DNA from: Pseudomonadales bacterium
GTDB lineage: Bacteria; Pseudomonadota; Gammaproteobacteria; Pseudomonadales; Azotimanducaceae
Reading direction: 5' to 3'
Length of the DNA: 64,000 bases
NCBI GenBank assembly: GCA_017642855.1
Contig: JAEPOO010000002.1
Coordinates: forward strand, 207,545-271,544
This document shows, piece by piece, positions 32,883-43,400 of the stretch (position 1 is its first letter; the number at the start of each line of letters is the position of its first letter). Made by a program: the position numbers and the translations under genes. The notes under the pieces are model-generated. The model saw nothing but the letters and a program-made list of their open reading frames with translations. It did not search any database and was not told the DNA's origin.

Positions 32883-33623
32883 CTATAGTGTTTGCACCAG
32901 ACGACGCAGACCGGAGACATGGCGACGACTCACGTCGAGTCGCTCATCAATACCGCGCATACGAACCTGATAGTGTCCCGATGGGTCCCTTTCGAGACCT
33001 TCAAGGTGATCCATCATAACCAGCGCATTACGGTGAATGCGAACCACCTTGTCACCAAATTCGTTTTCAAGATCTCTCAAGGTGTCATCGATCAACACCT
33101 CACCGCCTTCGTGTCGTACCGTGACGTATTTGTGATCCGCCTGGAAAAATTTCACTTCCGAGAGAGGAATCAGCTCAATGCCACGACGCGTCTTGGCACT
33201 GATATGAGTTCGTGATCGCTCTTGCAGGGTCTCGTCACGACCCATAATGGCTTCCATCTGAACGCGGTTGACCTTCGACGCTTTGCCAAGCGCGTCTTGA
33301 AGCGCCTCTCGCCGCACGGGCTTCATCAGATAGCCGGAAGCACTGACATCAAATGCCTCGATGGCATGTTCTCCAAAAGCGGTACAGAAAATCACAGCAG
33401 GGGGTGAAGCCAGGGTTGATAGTTGCTTGCCGGCTTCCAGCCCATCCATGCCTGGCATCCGGATGTCCAGCAGCACGACATCGGGCTCCAGCTTGATGGC
33501 TTCCCGAACGGCCTCTTCACCGCTCTCCGCTGTACCTACCACCACATAGTCGTCCAGCGTCTCTACCATCCTGACCAGCCTGTCCCTGGCCAATCTTTCA
33601 TCATCTACCACGAACACTTTCAT
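32883..33623 (-). CDS. algR: LytTR-family response regulator AlgR
   Basis: Receiver domain (MKVFVVDDERLARDRL...VLLDIRMPGMDG) plus a LytTR DNA-binding C-terminus. Pseudomonas-like algZ-algR-hemC synteny. ATG 33623 has better SD spacing than 33629. Confidence 0.88.
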   Translation of the reverse strand: MKVFVVDDERLARDRLVRMVETLDDYVVVGTAESGEEAVREAIKLEPDVVLLDIRMPGMDGLEAGKQLSTLASPPAVIFCTAFGEHAIEAFDVSASGYLMKPVRREALQDALGKASKVNRVQMEAIMGRDETLQERSRTHISAKTRRGIELIPLSEVKFFQADHKYVTVRHEGGEVLIDDTLRDLENEFGDKVVRIHRNALVMMDHLEGLERDPSGHYQVRMRGIDERLDVSRRHVSGLRRLVQTL

Positions 33624-33795
33624 GGGCATGACCTCTATGCTCTTCTACTTCGTTCATTGCCTGTTATGGCAGTCCAGGGCGGTCTTAAATCGCCGCGCGA
33701 TGACATGCCATGGAGACCAAATTAACCATTTTTGACAAGAAAACTGCGACATAGTGCACATTTTTGAAAGAATGTCTGAAAATTGCGACCTTCCG

Positions 33796-34872
33796 TCAAT
33801 AAACCTTTTGTAAATCAATAGGATATGTGAGCCGGGTAAAGAACTGCCCTGCGGCTTTTTCCGTGGTTAGCGACGATTCTGTCCCATAGAGCGCCTGCAG
33901 GCGGTTTCGGATGTTATCCAAAGCCATTCGGTTGCCTTTCTCATGGGTGCTGCCTTCGCCGGATAGCGGATTCGAGATCTCAACATGGATTCGTCCGCCT
34001 GCTTCCTTAATGCTCACGGTAACCATGCCGCCATCCGGCCGAGGCTGAATGCCGTGATAAATCGCATTCTCGAGCAGCGGTTGCAGGGTCAGCAGGGGTA
34101 TTCGAACCTGATTGGCATCCACGTCAATCTGCCATTCCATCGAAAGACGGTCGTCAAGTCTTAACCCTTCAATGTGGACATACTTCTCACAAAGATCCAG
34201 TTCTTCCGAAAGTCGAACAGGTTCGCTGGTGGAATCGTTCAGGCTGGCACGGAACAGGACCGACAGATCTTCAACCACTTCTTCAGCAACATCGGGATCT
34301 ACAGAAATGAGGCTCGCAATGATGTTCATACTATTGAAGAGGAAATGGGGACGGATACGAGACTGCAACGCCTGAATTCGAGCACTGAGTTCCGCCTGTT
34401 CACCAACCCTGAGCTGATGCGATAAAAAGAAGTAGCGAAAAGCGATGGTCGTCATGATCGTGGCGATGAGCACGTTTCGAAGAATGCGGCCGAACCCACC
34501 TTCACGAATTCCCGAAAAACTGGGGAGAATAAACTCCGCCAGAGCGCTGAAGAGCACCGTTAAAACGAGGATCATCACAAAAGCGACGGTTGTTGCGCGA
34601 GGCACGGTCATGCGCATCAGCCAGGGTCGGGCGTTGCAAAGCAATGCCGCGGAACTCAAGACAACCCACTGCACAAACAACGAAGTCAGACCCAGTTGCA
34701 TCCAATTGAAGTCAAAAAAGTTCGACGAAAGCAGCACCTGAACGAACACCAGAAGTTCAGATACAAGCACCAGGAACAGAATGCTCTGCGCCTGGCAAAG
34801 GTCGGGCAGAAAAAAATCTGCTTCCGGCGTTGTTTTAGCCAATGGTTTGCCCCCAATCGCTGACTGGTGCAA
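33796..34872 (-). CDS. algZ: sensor histidine kinase AlgZ/FimS (LytS-type, unorthodox)
   Basis: N-terminal FFLPDLC motif, multi-TM region, [11 protein letters not shown]-box, and a C-terminal ATPase-like domain. Start is uncertain (TTG 34872 or TTG 34842). Confidence 0.82.
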   Translation of the reverse strand: MHQSAIGGKPLAKTTPEADFFLPDLCQAQSILFLVLVSELLVFVQVLLSSNFFDFNWMQLGLTSLFVQWVVLSSAALLCNARPWLMRMTVPRATTVAFVMILVLTVLFSALAEFILPSFSGIREGGFGRILRNVLIATIMTTIAFRYFFLSHQLRVGEQAELSARIQALQSRIRPHFLFNSMNIIASLISVDPDVAEEVVEDLSVLFRASLNDSTSEPVRLSEELDLCEKYVHIEGLRLDDRLSMEWQIDVDANQVRIPLLTLQPLLENAIYHGIQPRPDGGMVTVSIKEAGGRIHVEISNPLSGEGSTHEKGNRMALDNIRNRLQALYGTESSLTTEKAAGQFFTRLTYPIDLQKVY

Positions 34873-34935
34873 TTATGCCTGCTTACCAGACCATGCTGCT
34901 ATAATTGCGCTTCTCTCGATTTCAGGTCCAGACCA

Positions 34936-36318
34936 GTGACGGACAAAAGCAACAAACTCTGGGACGGCAGGTTCACAGAAGCCACAGACGCCTTTGTAGA
35001 GTCGTTTACCGCCTCAATCGGTTTCGACCAGGTGCTGGCGGCCTATGACATACAGGGTTCCATCGCGCATGCCACCATGCTCGAGAAGGTCGGCATTCTC
35101 AATGACAACGAGAGAGGCGCCATTGTTTCCGGTTTGGAAGCCATTCGAGAAGACATACGCCAAGGCAAGATGACCTGGTCTGTTGCGCTTGAGGATGTGC
35201 ACATGAACATCGAGAGCCAACTGACCGAACGCATCGGGGACGTCGGCAAAAAGCTGCACACAGGAAGATCAAGAAACGATCAGGTAGCCACCGACATTCG
35301 ACTCTATTTGCGTGACGCCATCGATGCGATCAACGAGAAGATCAGCCTGTTACAGAAAGGCATTCTAGATCTGGCTGAAGGTGAGACCGAAACCATCATG
35401 CCTGGACTGACTCATCTGCAGGTTGCTCAGCCCATCTCCTTCGCTCATCACCTAATGGCCTGGTTTGAGATGATCGCAAGAGACAAGGCACGAATGGCCG
35501 ATTGCCGACAACGTGTCAACAGTTTGCCATTGGGTGCTGCCGCTCTTGCTGGCACGACCTATCCCATCGATCGACAGATGACAGCGGAGCTACTTGGCTT
35601 TGAGACCATAGCCGCCAATTCACTGGATGCAGTCAGCGATCGAGATTTTGCTATCGAGTTTTGTGCAGCATCCAGCCTTTTAATGATGCATCTGTCGCGC
35701 TGGGCAGAAGAGATGATCCTTTGGACGTCGCCCCAGTTCAGTTACATCGACCTGCCAGATCGATTCTGCACCGGTTCGTCCATCATGCCGCAAAAGAAAA
35801 ATCCGGATGTCCCTGAACTGGTTCGCGGCAAAACCGGGCGCGTCTTCGGATCGCTGAGTAATCTGTTAACCGTGATGAAAGGTCAGGCACTGGCGTACAA
35901 CAAGGACAACCAGGAAGACAAAGAACCTTTATTCGACACAGTGAACACCGTTCTCGATTGCTTGACCGCGTTCGCCGATATGATTCCAGCCATGACGCCA
36001 AACAGAGGCAATATGCGTGAAGCCACCAGGAAAGGATTCGCAACTGCGACGGATCTCGCCGATTACCTGGTCAAGAAGGGACTACCTTTCAGGGACGCTC
36101 ATGACGTTGTTGGTCGGTTAGTGGGACTCGCCATATCGAAGGACTGTGATCTTTCCGAACTGGCACTGGAAGACTTGAGTGCGGCGAGTGACCTCATCGA
36201 ACAAGATGTTTATGAGGTGCTGACACTGGAGGGCTCTTTGAACGCCAGGAATCACCTGGGTGGTACTGCCCCTGAACAGGTAAAGTCTGCCATAAAGACC
36301 GCCCGTCACACTCTCTAA
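34936..36318 (+). CDS. argH: argininosuccinate lyase
   Basis: GTG 34936 ([28 protein letters not shown]). Fumarate-lyase signature [12 protein letters not shown]. Confidence 0.95.
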   Translation: MTDKSNKLWDGRFTEATDAFVESFTASIGFDQVLAAYDIQGSIAHATMLEKVGILNDNERGAIVSGLEAIREDIRQGKMTWSVALEDVHMNIESQLTERIGDVGKKLHTGRSRNDQVATDIRLYLRDAIDAINEKISLLQKGILDLAEGETETIMPGLTHLQVAQPISFAHHLMAWFEMIARDKARMADCRQRVNSLPLGAAALAGTTYPIDRQMTAELLGFETIAANSLDAVSDRDFAIEFCAASSLLMMHLSRWAEEMILWTSPQFSYIDLPDRFCTGSSIMPQKKNPDVPELVRGKTGRVFGSLSNLLTVMKGQALAYNKDNQEDKEPLFDTVNTVLDCLTAFADMIPAMTPNRGNMREATRKGFATATDLADYLVKKGLPFRDAHDVVGRLVGLAISKDCDLSELALEDLSAASDLIEQDVYEVLTLEGSLNARNHLGGTAPEQVKSAIKTARHTL

Positions 36319-36328
36319 GCGTCATTAA

Positions 36329-36649
36329 CTAGAACAGGCTGGTACCGGCCTGTTCCGTGAACACTCTGTTGATCAGTGTATCCAGATCTTCGTTGGTTGT
36401 CGCACACCACCAGCGGTCCCCATCCCGTGCCAGATGAAATCCCCCGGATTTCGCGGCAACCCAGATTTCATGATTCGCGATCTGGCGACTCAGAATGATG
36501 CTGCCGCCGGTCTCAAGCGTGATGGACAGCACGTCACCGGCAGTATCGATGTCTGCATCTAATGCCAGCTCATCAATACGGTCTTCAATCCGGACGAACT
36601 CATCATCGACGAGTTCCTGAAATTGGCTGTCATCCATCTTTAACTTCAT
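36329..36649 (-). CDS. cyaY: iron donor protein CyaY (frataxin homologue)
   Basis: 106 aa. Acidic N-terminal helix, SRQIANHEIWVAAKSGGFHL, and a WxC motif. Confidence 0.88.
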   Translation of the reverse strand: MKLKMDDSQFQELVDDEFVRIEDRIDELALDADIDTAGDVLSITLETGGSIILSRQIANHEIWVAAKSGGFHLARDGDRWWCATTNEDLDTLINRVFTEQAGTSLF

Positions 36650-36709
36650 TTTTCTCTGTGAGGGCAGTCAAGTATACTGCACACCGTTCCCGGGTTTGAC
36701 TTAGACACC

Positions 36710-36886
36710 ATGCGTACTAACCGCTTGATCTGCGCATTTATCGCTATGTTGTTGCTGACTGCATGTGGTCAGAAGGGCGCCCTTTATCTTGAAGAAACCG
36801 GTCCTGAAGACAGTGGCCCTGATCAACGCGCCGCAGAATCAAACCAGCAGCGCGAAGCCACTGAACGCGAACAGGCGGACAAATAG
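36710..36886 (+). CDS. lptM: small lipoprotein LptM/YifL-like (LppL)
   Basis: Own translation: MRTNRLICAFIAMLLLTACGQKGALYLEETGPEDSGPDQRAAESNQQREATEREQADK (58 aa). Lipobox LLTAC followed by GQKG-LYL. Its cyaY-lptM-lysA-dapF position matches known synteny. Below the ORF-track length cut-off. Confidence 0.75.
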   Translation: MRTNRLICAFIAMLLLTACGQKGALYLEETGPEDSGPDQRAAESNQQREATEREQADK

Positions 36887-36888
36887 CC

Positions 36889-38142
36889 ATGCTCCATAGC
36901 ACCCTTCAACGCAAGGAAGGGGGCGATCTCCACATGGAGCAGGTGTCGCTCGAAGAGATTGCCCAACAGTACGGCACCCCGGTGTTTGTTTATTCAGAAG
37001 CAGCTATCCGCTCGGCTTACGAAGCTTTCGATGCCTCGTTGTCCATGCATCCACACAATATCTGCTACGCGGTGAAAGCAAACTCCAACCTGTCTATCCT
37101 GCAACTTCTGGCAGAGATGGGTTCGGGCTTTGATATTGTTTCCGGCGGTGAACTGGCGCGCGTTTTACGTGCAGGCGGTGACCCTTCCAGAGTCGTGTTC
37201 TCTGGCGTGGGTAAGCAGGACTGGGAAATCGATCTGGCACTGGAGCACGAGATCGGTTGTTTCAATGTCGAGTCCGCTTCCGAACTGGATCGAATCGCTC
37301 GTGTCGCGGATGTCACCGGAAACGTGGCTCCCATTTCAATTCGAGTAAATCCGGACGTAGATCCCAAAACCCACCCGTATATCTCCACGGGTCTAAAAGA
37401 AAACAAATTTGGTGTTTCAACGGACGAAGCTTTCGACCTCTACAAAAAGGCAGCGGTGACGCCTTCTTTGAGGATCGTCGGTATCGACTGCCACATCGGA
37501 TCTCAGATTACGGAACTGACACCCTTTCTCGACGCCCTGACGCGGGTGCTGGCGCTCGCGGATAAACTTGCAGACCGGGCCATCGAAGTGGATCACATCG
37601 ACCTTGGTGGTGGTATCGGCGTGCAATACAAGGATGAAACACCCATCGATGTGGGTGAATTCGCAAGTGCCATTGGCCAGGCCATGAGCGGGCGACCACA
37701 GAGCCTCGTATTCGAACCCGGTCGCATGATCGTCGCCAACGCCGGCATTCTGCTGACGCGAGTAAACACGCTGAAGTCGAACGAAGGCAAAAACTTCGCC
37801 GTTGTCGATGCCGCCATGAACGATCTCATCAGACCAGCGCTTTACAGTGCCTGGCAGGATGTCGTGGCTGTGGCTGAAACAAACGCACAAGCGAAGACCT
37901 GGGATATCGTCGGTCCGGTTTGTGAGACCGGTGATTTCCTGGCCAAGGACAGGCATCTTGCCATCAATGAAGATGACCTGGTCGCTGTCTTGTCGGCAGG
38001 CGCCTATGGCTTTGTCATGAGCTCTAACTACAACTCTCGACCCAGAGCTGCAGAAGTTATGGTTTCCGGGGATGAACATCGCGTCATTCGCAGACGGGAA
38101 TCCATTGATGATCTGTTCGCGCTCGAATCAATACGGGAGTAA
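36889..38142 (+). CDS. lysA: diaminopimelate decarboxylase
   Basis: 417 aa. PLP-lysine region YAVKANSN, GGGIG, and CETGD motifs. Confidence 0.95.
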   Translation: MLHSTLQRKEGGDLHMEQVSLEEIAQQYGTPVFVYSEAAIRSAYEAFDASLSMHPHNICYAVKANSNLSILQLLAEMGSGFDIVSGGELARVLRAGGDPSRVVFSGVGKQDWEIDLALEHEIGCFNVESASELDRIARVADVTGNVAPISIRVNPDVDPKTHPYISTGLKENKFGVSTDEAFDLYKKAAVTPSLRIVGIDCHIGSQITELTPFLDALTRVLALADKLADRAIEVDHIDLGGGIGVQYKDETPIDVGEFASAIGQAMSGRPQSLVFEPGRMIVANAGILLTRVNTLKSNEGKNFAVVDAAMNDLIRPALYSAWQDVVAVAETNAQAKTWDIVGPVCETGDFLAKDRHLAINEDDLVAVLSAGAYGFVMSSNYNSRPRAAEVMVSGDEHRVIRRRESIDDLFALESIRE

Positions 38143-38151
38143 ATTAGCGAC

Positions 38152-39006
38152 ATGTTGTTACGTTTCACCAAGATGCACGGTCTGGGCAACGACTTCATGA
38201 TGGTTGACCTGATATCTCAGCGCGCCAGTTTGCACCCTAACCTGATCCGGGAACTCGCAGATCGAAAACTGGGTATCGGATTTGACCAGCTGCTAACCGT
38301 TCGGCCGCCCGACAATCCAGCGCTTGATTTCAAGTACACCATTTACAACGCGGACGGGACGGAAGCGGAACAATGTGGCAACGGTGCACGGTGTTTTCTC
38401 CGTTTTGTCAGGGATGAAGGGCTGACCACAAAGTCGACCATTGAGCTGGAAACCAACACCGGGGTAATCAGCTGCAAGTTAGAGAAAGACGGCAATATCA
38501 CTGTGGATATGGGGCAACCCGTGTTGCAGCCGGCCAGAATTCCATTCGTCGCTGATTCACCGATGATTACCTACCCCGTGCCTCTCGTGGAATCCTGCGA
38601 TGCAGAGAACGATAGCGAGATCATTGAGCTCGCCGCGGTCAGCATGGGCAACCCACACGCGGTGATCCGGGTAGACGACGTTGATACCGCAGCCGTGGAA
38701 CGGATCGGACCGATGATGGAATCACATCCGAGATTCCCGGAACGCGTCAACGTCGGTTTCATGCAGGTTGTTTCGAGAAAAAAGATTAAGCTACGTGTCT
38801 ATGAACGTGGCGTCGGTGAGACCAAAGCCTGTGGATCCGGCGCATGTGCTGCGGTTGTCGCTGGGAGACTTCAGGGTTTGCTGGACGACGTCGTGGACGT
38901 TGAACTCATGGGTGGTCACTTGTCTGTCGGCTGGGCAGGTGATGACGACACCGTAAAAATGACCGGTCCTGCGTGCCGTGTTTACGAAGGAAGACTGCAA
39001 GTATGA
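38152..39006 (+). CDS. dapF: diaminopimelate epimerase
   Basis: FTKMHGLGNDFMMVD, with catalytic Cys motifs EQCGNGARC and ACGSGACA. Confidence 0.95.
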   Translation: MLLRFTKMHGLGNDFMMVDLISQRASLHPNLIRELADRKLGIGFDQLLTVRPPDNPALDFKYTIYNADGTEAEQCGNGARCFLRFVRDEGLTTKSTIELETNTGVISCKLEKDGNITVDMGQPVLQPARIPFVADSPMITYPVPLVESCDAENDSEIIELAAVSMGNPHAVIRVDDVDTAAVERIGPMMESHPRFPERVNVGFMQVVSRKKIKLRVYERGVGETKACGSGACAAVVAGRLQGLLDDVVDVELMGGHLSVGWAGDDDTVKMTGPACRVYEGRLQV

Positions 39007-39674
39007 GTGATCTGACAGAAAAGGAAGTGGCGGACTACCTGAAGGCGAACCCCGGGTTTTTCGAGAACCGCGACGCCCTTGTCATGAAACTCAAAATTCC
39101 ACACAAAAACAAAGGCGCGATTTCCCTGGTGGAAAAGCAGCTGGAAGTCATGCGCGATCGCCAGCGGAAAACACGAAAACAGCTCACGGAGTTTGTCGCC
39201 TCTGCGGAAGCCAACAAGGAAATTTTCGACAAAAGCCGTCGACTGGTTCTCAACCTGGTTGCTGCCAATCGCGGCAAAGATTTTTTTGATGCACTGGAAA
39301 AGGGTCTGAAAAAAGACTTTGGCTGCAAAGCCTATTCCCTGGTGGTTTTCGGCAAACGACCGCGACAGGTCAATCATTTCACAACACGCGTCACTGCAGA
39401 TTCTGCGCGTAACTACGTTGGTGCATTGATGCGAGCGAAAGAGCCAACTCTCGGTGTTCTTCGCCCGGAGGAGCAAGACTTCCTGTTTCGACACCAAAGC
39501 GAAAAGGTAAAGTCAGCGGCCGTTTTGTCCGTCAAAGAGCGTAATCGACAGCTCGCGCTCCTGGCTATCGGTCATAGCGATCCACACTATTTTTCTCCCC
39601 AAATGGATACGCTGTTCATCGGCTTTATCGCCGATGTACTGGCCAAATTGCTCCCCAGGCATCTGCCGCGTTAA
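39003..39674 (+). CDS. yigA: DUF484 family protein (YigA-like)
   Basis: ATG 39003 overlaps the dapF stop (ATGA). MSDLTEKEVADYLKANPGFFE is typical of DUF484. Conserved dapF-yigA-xerC order. Confidence 0.8.
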   Translation: MSDLTEKEVADYLKANPGFFENRDALVMKLKIPHKNKGAISLVEKQLEVMRDRQRKTRKQLTEFVASAEANKEIFDKSRRLVLNLVAANRGKDFFDALEKGLKKDFGCKAYSLVVFGKRPRQVNHFTTRVTADSARNYVGALMRAKEPTLGVLRPEEQDFLFRHQSEKVKSAAVLSVKERNRQLALLAIGHSDPHYFSPQMDTLFIGFIADVLAKLLPRHLPR

Positions 39675-39680
39675 GGCGCT

Positions 39681-40592
39681 ATGAGAACCGAGCTCGACCA
39701 GTTCCTCGCCCACCTGAGAAACGAGCGACAGCTGTCAGACCATACCATCAGCAACTACCAGCGCGATCTACTCGCATTGCTGGAAGAATTTGACCAGACA
39801 AACGTCAAAGACTGGAAAGATGTCAGCGCACATCATTTGCGGTCTTACATCACTGGGGCCTTTCGCGGAGGCAAGTCCGGCAAGACATTACAACGGCACC
39901 TGTCATCAATTAGAACCCTGTTTAACTTCCTCGCCCGGGAAGGTGTTGTTCGAACAAATCCGGCCATGGAGTTTTCAGCGCCGAAAAGTAAATCGACTCT
40001 GCCCGACACGATCGACACTGATCAGATCAGCAGGTTACTGGCGATAGAGGCGAAAACCTGGCACGGTCTCAGAGATCGCGCGATACTTGAACTGTTCTAC
40101 TCTTCCGGCTTGCGCCTCTCTGAACTCGTTGGCAGCAACGTTCAGGACATTTCTTTCGATGACTGTACGATCCGCGTCAGGGGTAAAGGCAGCAAGGAGC
40201 GACTGCTACCGGTAGGATCAAAGGCTATTCAGGCACTCACGGCATGGCTCAAAGATCGAGTGCTGGCTCCCAGAGCAAAGAACATCGATGAGTCTGCACT
40301 CTTTATCAGCGAACGGGGCGCGCGAATCAGCGCCCGCAATGTTCAGGCACGGGTTCGAGAATGGTGCCGAAGACTGGGTATTTCCGGACGGGTCCACCCT
40401 CATACCCTGCGGCACTCTTTCGCCAGTCACATGCTTGAATCCAGCCAGGATCTGCGAGCCGTACAGGAACTCCTCGGGCACGCCGATATATCGACCACAC
40501 AAATCTACACCCATTTGGACTTTCAGCACCTTGCGGACGTATATGATAAAGCTCACCCGCGAGCGAACAGGAAGCGCCGAGAGCCCGAATAA
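39681..40592 (+). CDS. xerC: tyrosine recombinase XerC
   Basis: 303 aa. RxxxxxxGLRxSE, HTLRHSFASH and HADISTTQIYTH catalytic motifs (R-H-R-Y). Confidence 0.92.
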   Translation: MRTELDQFLAHLRNERQLSDHTISNYQRDLLALLEEFDQTNVKDWKDVSAHHLRSYITGAFRGGKSGKTLQRHLSSIRTLFNFLAREGVVRTNPAMEFSAPKSKSTLPDTIDTDQISRLLAIEAKTWHGLRDRAILELFYSSGLRLSELVGSNVQDISFDDCTIRVRGKGSKERLLPVGSKAIQALTAWLKDRVLAPRAKNIDESALFISERGARISARNVQARVREWCRRLGISGRVHPHTLRHSFASHMLESSQDLRAVQELLGHADISTTQIYTHLDFQHLADVYDKAHPRANRKRREPE

Positions 40593-40606
40593 GAGAAACT
40601 GAGTAG

Positions 40607-41308
40607 ATGACACCGCTGAAAGTAGTAGCCTTCGACCTGGACGACACACTCTGGCATGTTCATCCGGTTATCGTCAGGGCTGAACAAATCCTGAGGGACT
40701 GGCTTCATGAATCCGTCTCGGGTTTCCGCTACGACGAGGAAAAAATGAAGACCTTTCGGGAAGACGCCCTGAAGGAAGACAAGAGCTTGGGTTATCGACT
40801 CACGGCGTTGAGGCGCCACGTCATCGAGCGAGCTCTGTTGCATCATTTAAATCACGACGAAGATGCAGAACGCCTTTCCAAAGAAGCTATGGACGTCTTC
40901 CTGGTTGCTCGAAACGAAGTTGAGTTCTTCGAAGGCGCGCTGGATGCGATCGCAGAGATCTCCGTCGTCTATCAACTCGGCGCTCTGACCAATGGCAATG
41001 CTGACATCCGCAAGCTTGGGCTGGATAAATACTTCAGTTTCGCGTTTTCAGCCGAACAGGTGGGAGCACCTAAACCCGCGCCGGATCTATTTCATCGTGC
41101 GCTCGAACACACCGGATGCGACCCCCACGAAATGCTGTATGTCGGAGACGATCCTATCAAGGATGTCGATGCCGCCAATCAGGTAGGACTGAAAACCATC
41201 TGGGTTCGCGGTGCCGCGCGACCAGAGCCTGGTGATACCGAAGCTGATGAAGTGATCGAGGACATACGCCATCTGCCCGGCGCCATAGCCCGCCTGTCTA
41301 ACTGTTAA
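40607..41308 (+). CDS. yigB: HAD-IA family hydrolase (YigB-like)
   Basis: VAFDLDDTLW motif I and YVGDDPIKDV motif III. Follows xerC, as in enterics. Confidence 0.8.
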   Translation: MTPLKVVAFDLDDTLWHVHPVIVRAEQILRDWLHESVSGFRYDEEKMKTFREDALKEDKSLGYRLTALRRHVIERALLHHLNHDEDAERLSKEAMDVFLVARNEVEFFEGALDAIAEISVVYQLGALTNGNADIRKLGLDKYFSFAFSAEQVGAPKPAPDLFHRALEHTGCDPHEMLYVGDDPIKDVDAANQVGLKTIWVRGAARPEPGDTEADEVIEDIRHLPGAIARLSNC

Positions 41309-42681
41309 GGTGAGTTGTGCTCAGCAATAAAATTCTTTACAGCTTGCTGCGCATTCGGCAGTTGAGACTTTCGTGCCGGTAATTCCTTGAGCGCTTCCAA
41401 TGACGGGTGTGTCACATCCACCTCTGGTAAACCCTTCTTGATGACATCATCGAATTTAGCGGGATGTGCCGTTGCCATACACACCAGAGGCAGTTCAGAG
41501 TTTCGATACTTCTGAGCTACATGTACTCCAACCGCAGTATGAGGATCTAGCAGATATCCTGTGTTCTCAAACGTTTCAACGATCTTTGCCAACGTTTCCT
41601 CATCCGTGACGCACCCGGTTGCAAACGCATCGTCAAAATTGACCGTATTGAAGTTAACCGTTGCACTTCCCTTGCTCAGAAAGTCACTCATGACATCACT
41701 GACCCTGGTTGTATCCTGGTCAAACTGATAATAGAGATAACGTTCGAAGTTGCTGGATACCTGAATGTCCATAGCCGGGCTGTAGGAGAAGTGAACACTG
41801 CCTCTTTCGTAACGCCCGGTTGTAAAGAAACGGTGCAGGATGTCGTTGTCATTGGTCGCGAGAATCAGCTTATCGATGGGTAGCCCCATACGACGTGCAA
41901 TATATCCAGCAAAAATATTGCCGAAATTACCGGTGGGTACCGCTACCTGAAACGCTTTGGGTGATCCAAGCTGGACCCATGCCGCAAAGTAATAGACAAC
42001 CTGTGCCAGCACCCTCGCCCAATTCACCGAATTCACGGCGCCTAGTTGATACGCATCCTTGAACTCAAGATCGGCAAACACGCCTTTCAGGATGGACTGA
42101 CAGTCATCAAAGCTGCCTTCGATAGCAATGTTCTGGACATTGTCATCCAATACCGTCGTCATCTGTCGTTCCTGAAGTGGACTGGTGCGCCCATCGGGGA
42201 ACATGATGAAAATGTTGATGTTGTCTTTGCCACGCACACCAGCAATGGCTGCGCTACCGGTGTCACCGCTGGTGGCGCCGAGAATATTCAAACGACCGCC
42301 GTCGCGCGCTAAAACGTATTCAAAAACATTGCCAAGGAACTGCAACGCTACGTCTTTGAAGGCCAGCGTTGGCCCATGAAACAGCTCCATGATGTGCATG
42401 TCGCCGACAGGCACCACTGGCGTGACCCGTTCATCGCCAAACGTGGCGTAGCTTTTTTCGATGAGCGTTTCGAGCGCTTCGGAAGGTATGTCATCGATGA
42501 AGCAGCCCATGACGCGAGCTGCGATCTCGGTGTAACTCAGCGTCTGGAAGTCAGACAACTGATCACGGATATCGGGGATGTCCGCTGGTACCAGCAGACC
42601 ACCGTCTGACGCCAATCCCATCATGACCGCTTCACAGAATGAGAGATCGGTCACGCCGCCGCGTGTACTCACATAACGCAT
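41305..42681 (-). CDS. thrC: threonine synthase
   Basis: 458 aa. MRYVSTRG, FHGPTLAFKD (PLP lysine), and ATSGDTGSAA. Confidence 0.93.
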   Translation of the reverse strand: MRYVSTRGGVTDLSFCEAVMMGLASDGGLLVPADIPDIRDQLSDFQTLSYTEIAARVMGCFIDDIPSEALETLIEKSYATFGDERVTPVVPVGDMHIMELFHGPTLAFKDVALQFLGNVFEYVLARDGGRLNILGATSGDTGSAAIAGVRGKDNINIFIMFPDGRTSPLQERQMTTVLDDNVQNIAIEGSFDDCQSILKGVFADLEFKDAYQLGAVNSVNWARVLAQVVYYFAAWVQLGSPKAFQVAVPTGNFGNIFAGYIARRMGLPIDKLILATNDNDILHRFFTTGRYERGSVHFSYSPAMDIQVSSNFERYLYYQFDQDTTRVSDVMSDFLSKGSATVNFNTVNFDDAFATGCVTDEETLAKIVETFENTGYLLDPHTAVGVHVAQKYRNSELPLVCMATAHPAKFDDVIKKGLPEVDVTHPSLEALKELPARKSQLPNAQQAVKNFIAEHNSP

Positions 42682-42741
42682 GCTTTCCCAACCCTGACAA
42701 AAGGGAGGGATTATAGAGAATTTTGGCGTCGGTAACCCGAG

Positions 42742-43101
<360 letters not shown>

Positions 43102-43182
43102 TTACCTACTTTTCGTTAGGCAATGTATCTAATTTACAGAGGTGAAGATACCCTGATAAGGGTGCCCTTTTGTGACCTATAA

Positions 43183-43198
43183 AGCATCGACTGTGCCA
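43183..43198 (-). promoter_or_regulatory. sigma-54 promoter upstream of glnK
   Basis: The minus strand reads TGGCAC-AGTCGAT-GCT, with GG and GC at the canonical -24/-12 spacing, about 100 nt upstream of the glnK ATG. Confidence 0.6.
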
Positions 43199-43261
43199 AC
43201 TTCCGAAGTCCCCCTAAAAACAGGGATTTAAGCGGCACCAAGCCCTCGACGCGAACAAACT

Positions 43262-43278
43262 CGCACCGGTATGGTGCG
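43262..43278. promoter_or_regulatory. NtrC-like enhancer site (proximal)
   Basis: CGCACC-GGTA-TGGTGCG, compared with the remembered consensus TGCACCA-N3-TGGTGCA. Centred about 98 nt upstream of the predicted sigma-54 start. Confidence 0.5.
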
Positions 43279-43304
43279 ACATTCGCCAGTATCGCGCACA
43301 GCAT

Positions 43305-43321
43305 TGCACCAAGTTCGTGCA
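43305..43321. promoter_or_regulatory. NtrC-like enhancer site (distal)
   Basis: TGCACCA-AGT-TCGTGCA, one mismatch to the consensus. Lies 43 bp (about 4 helical turns) from the proximal site. Confidence 0.5.
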
Positions 43322-43400
43322 GTGATAACCGCCTTTGCCGACGGGACAACACGACCTGTGCCTACCGACGAGCATGATCATCCCACGAATAATGCCTGGA

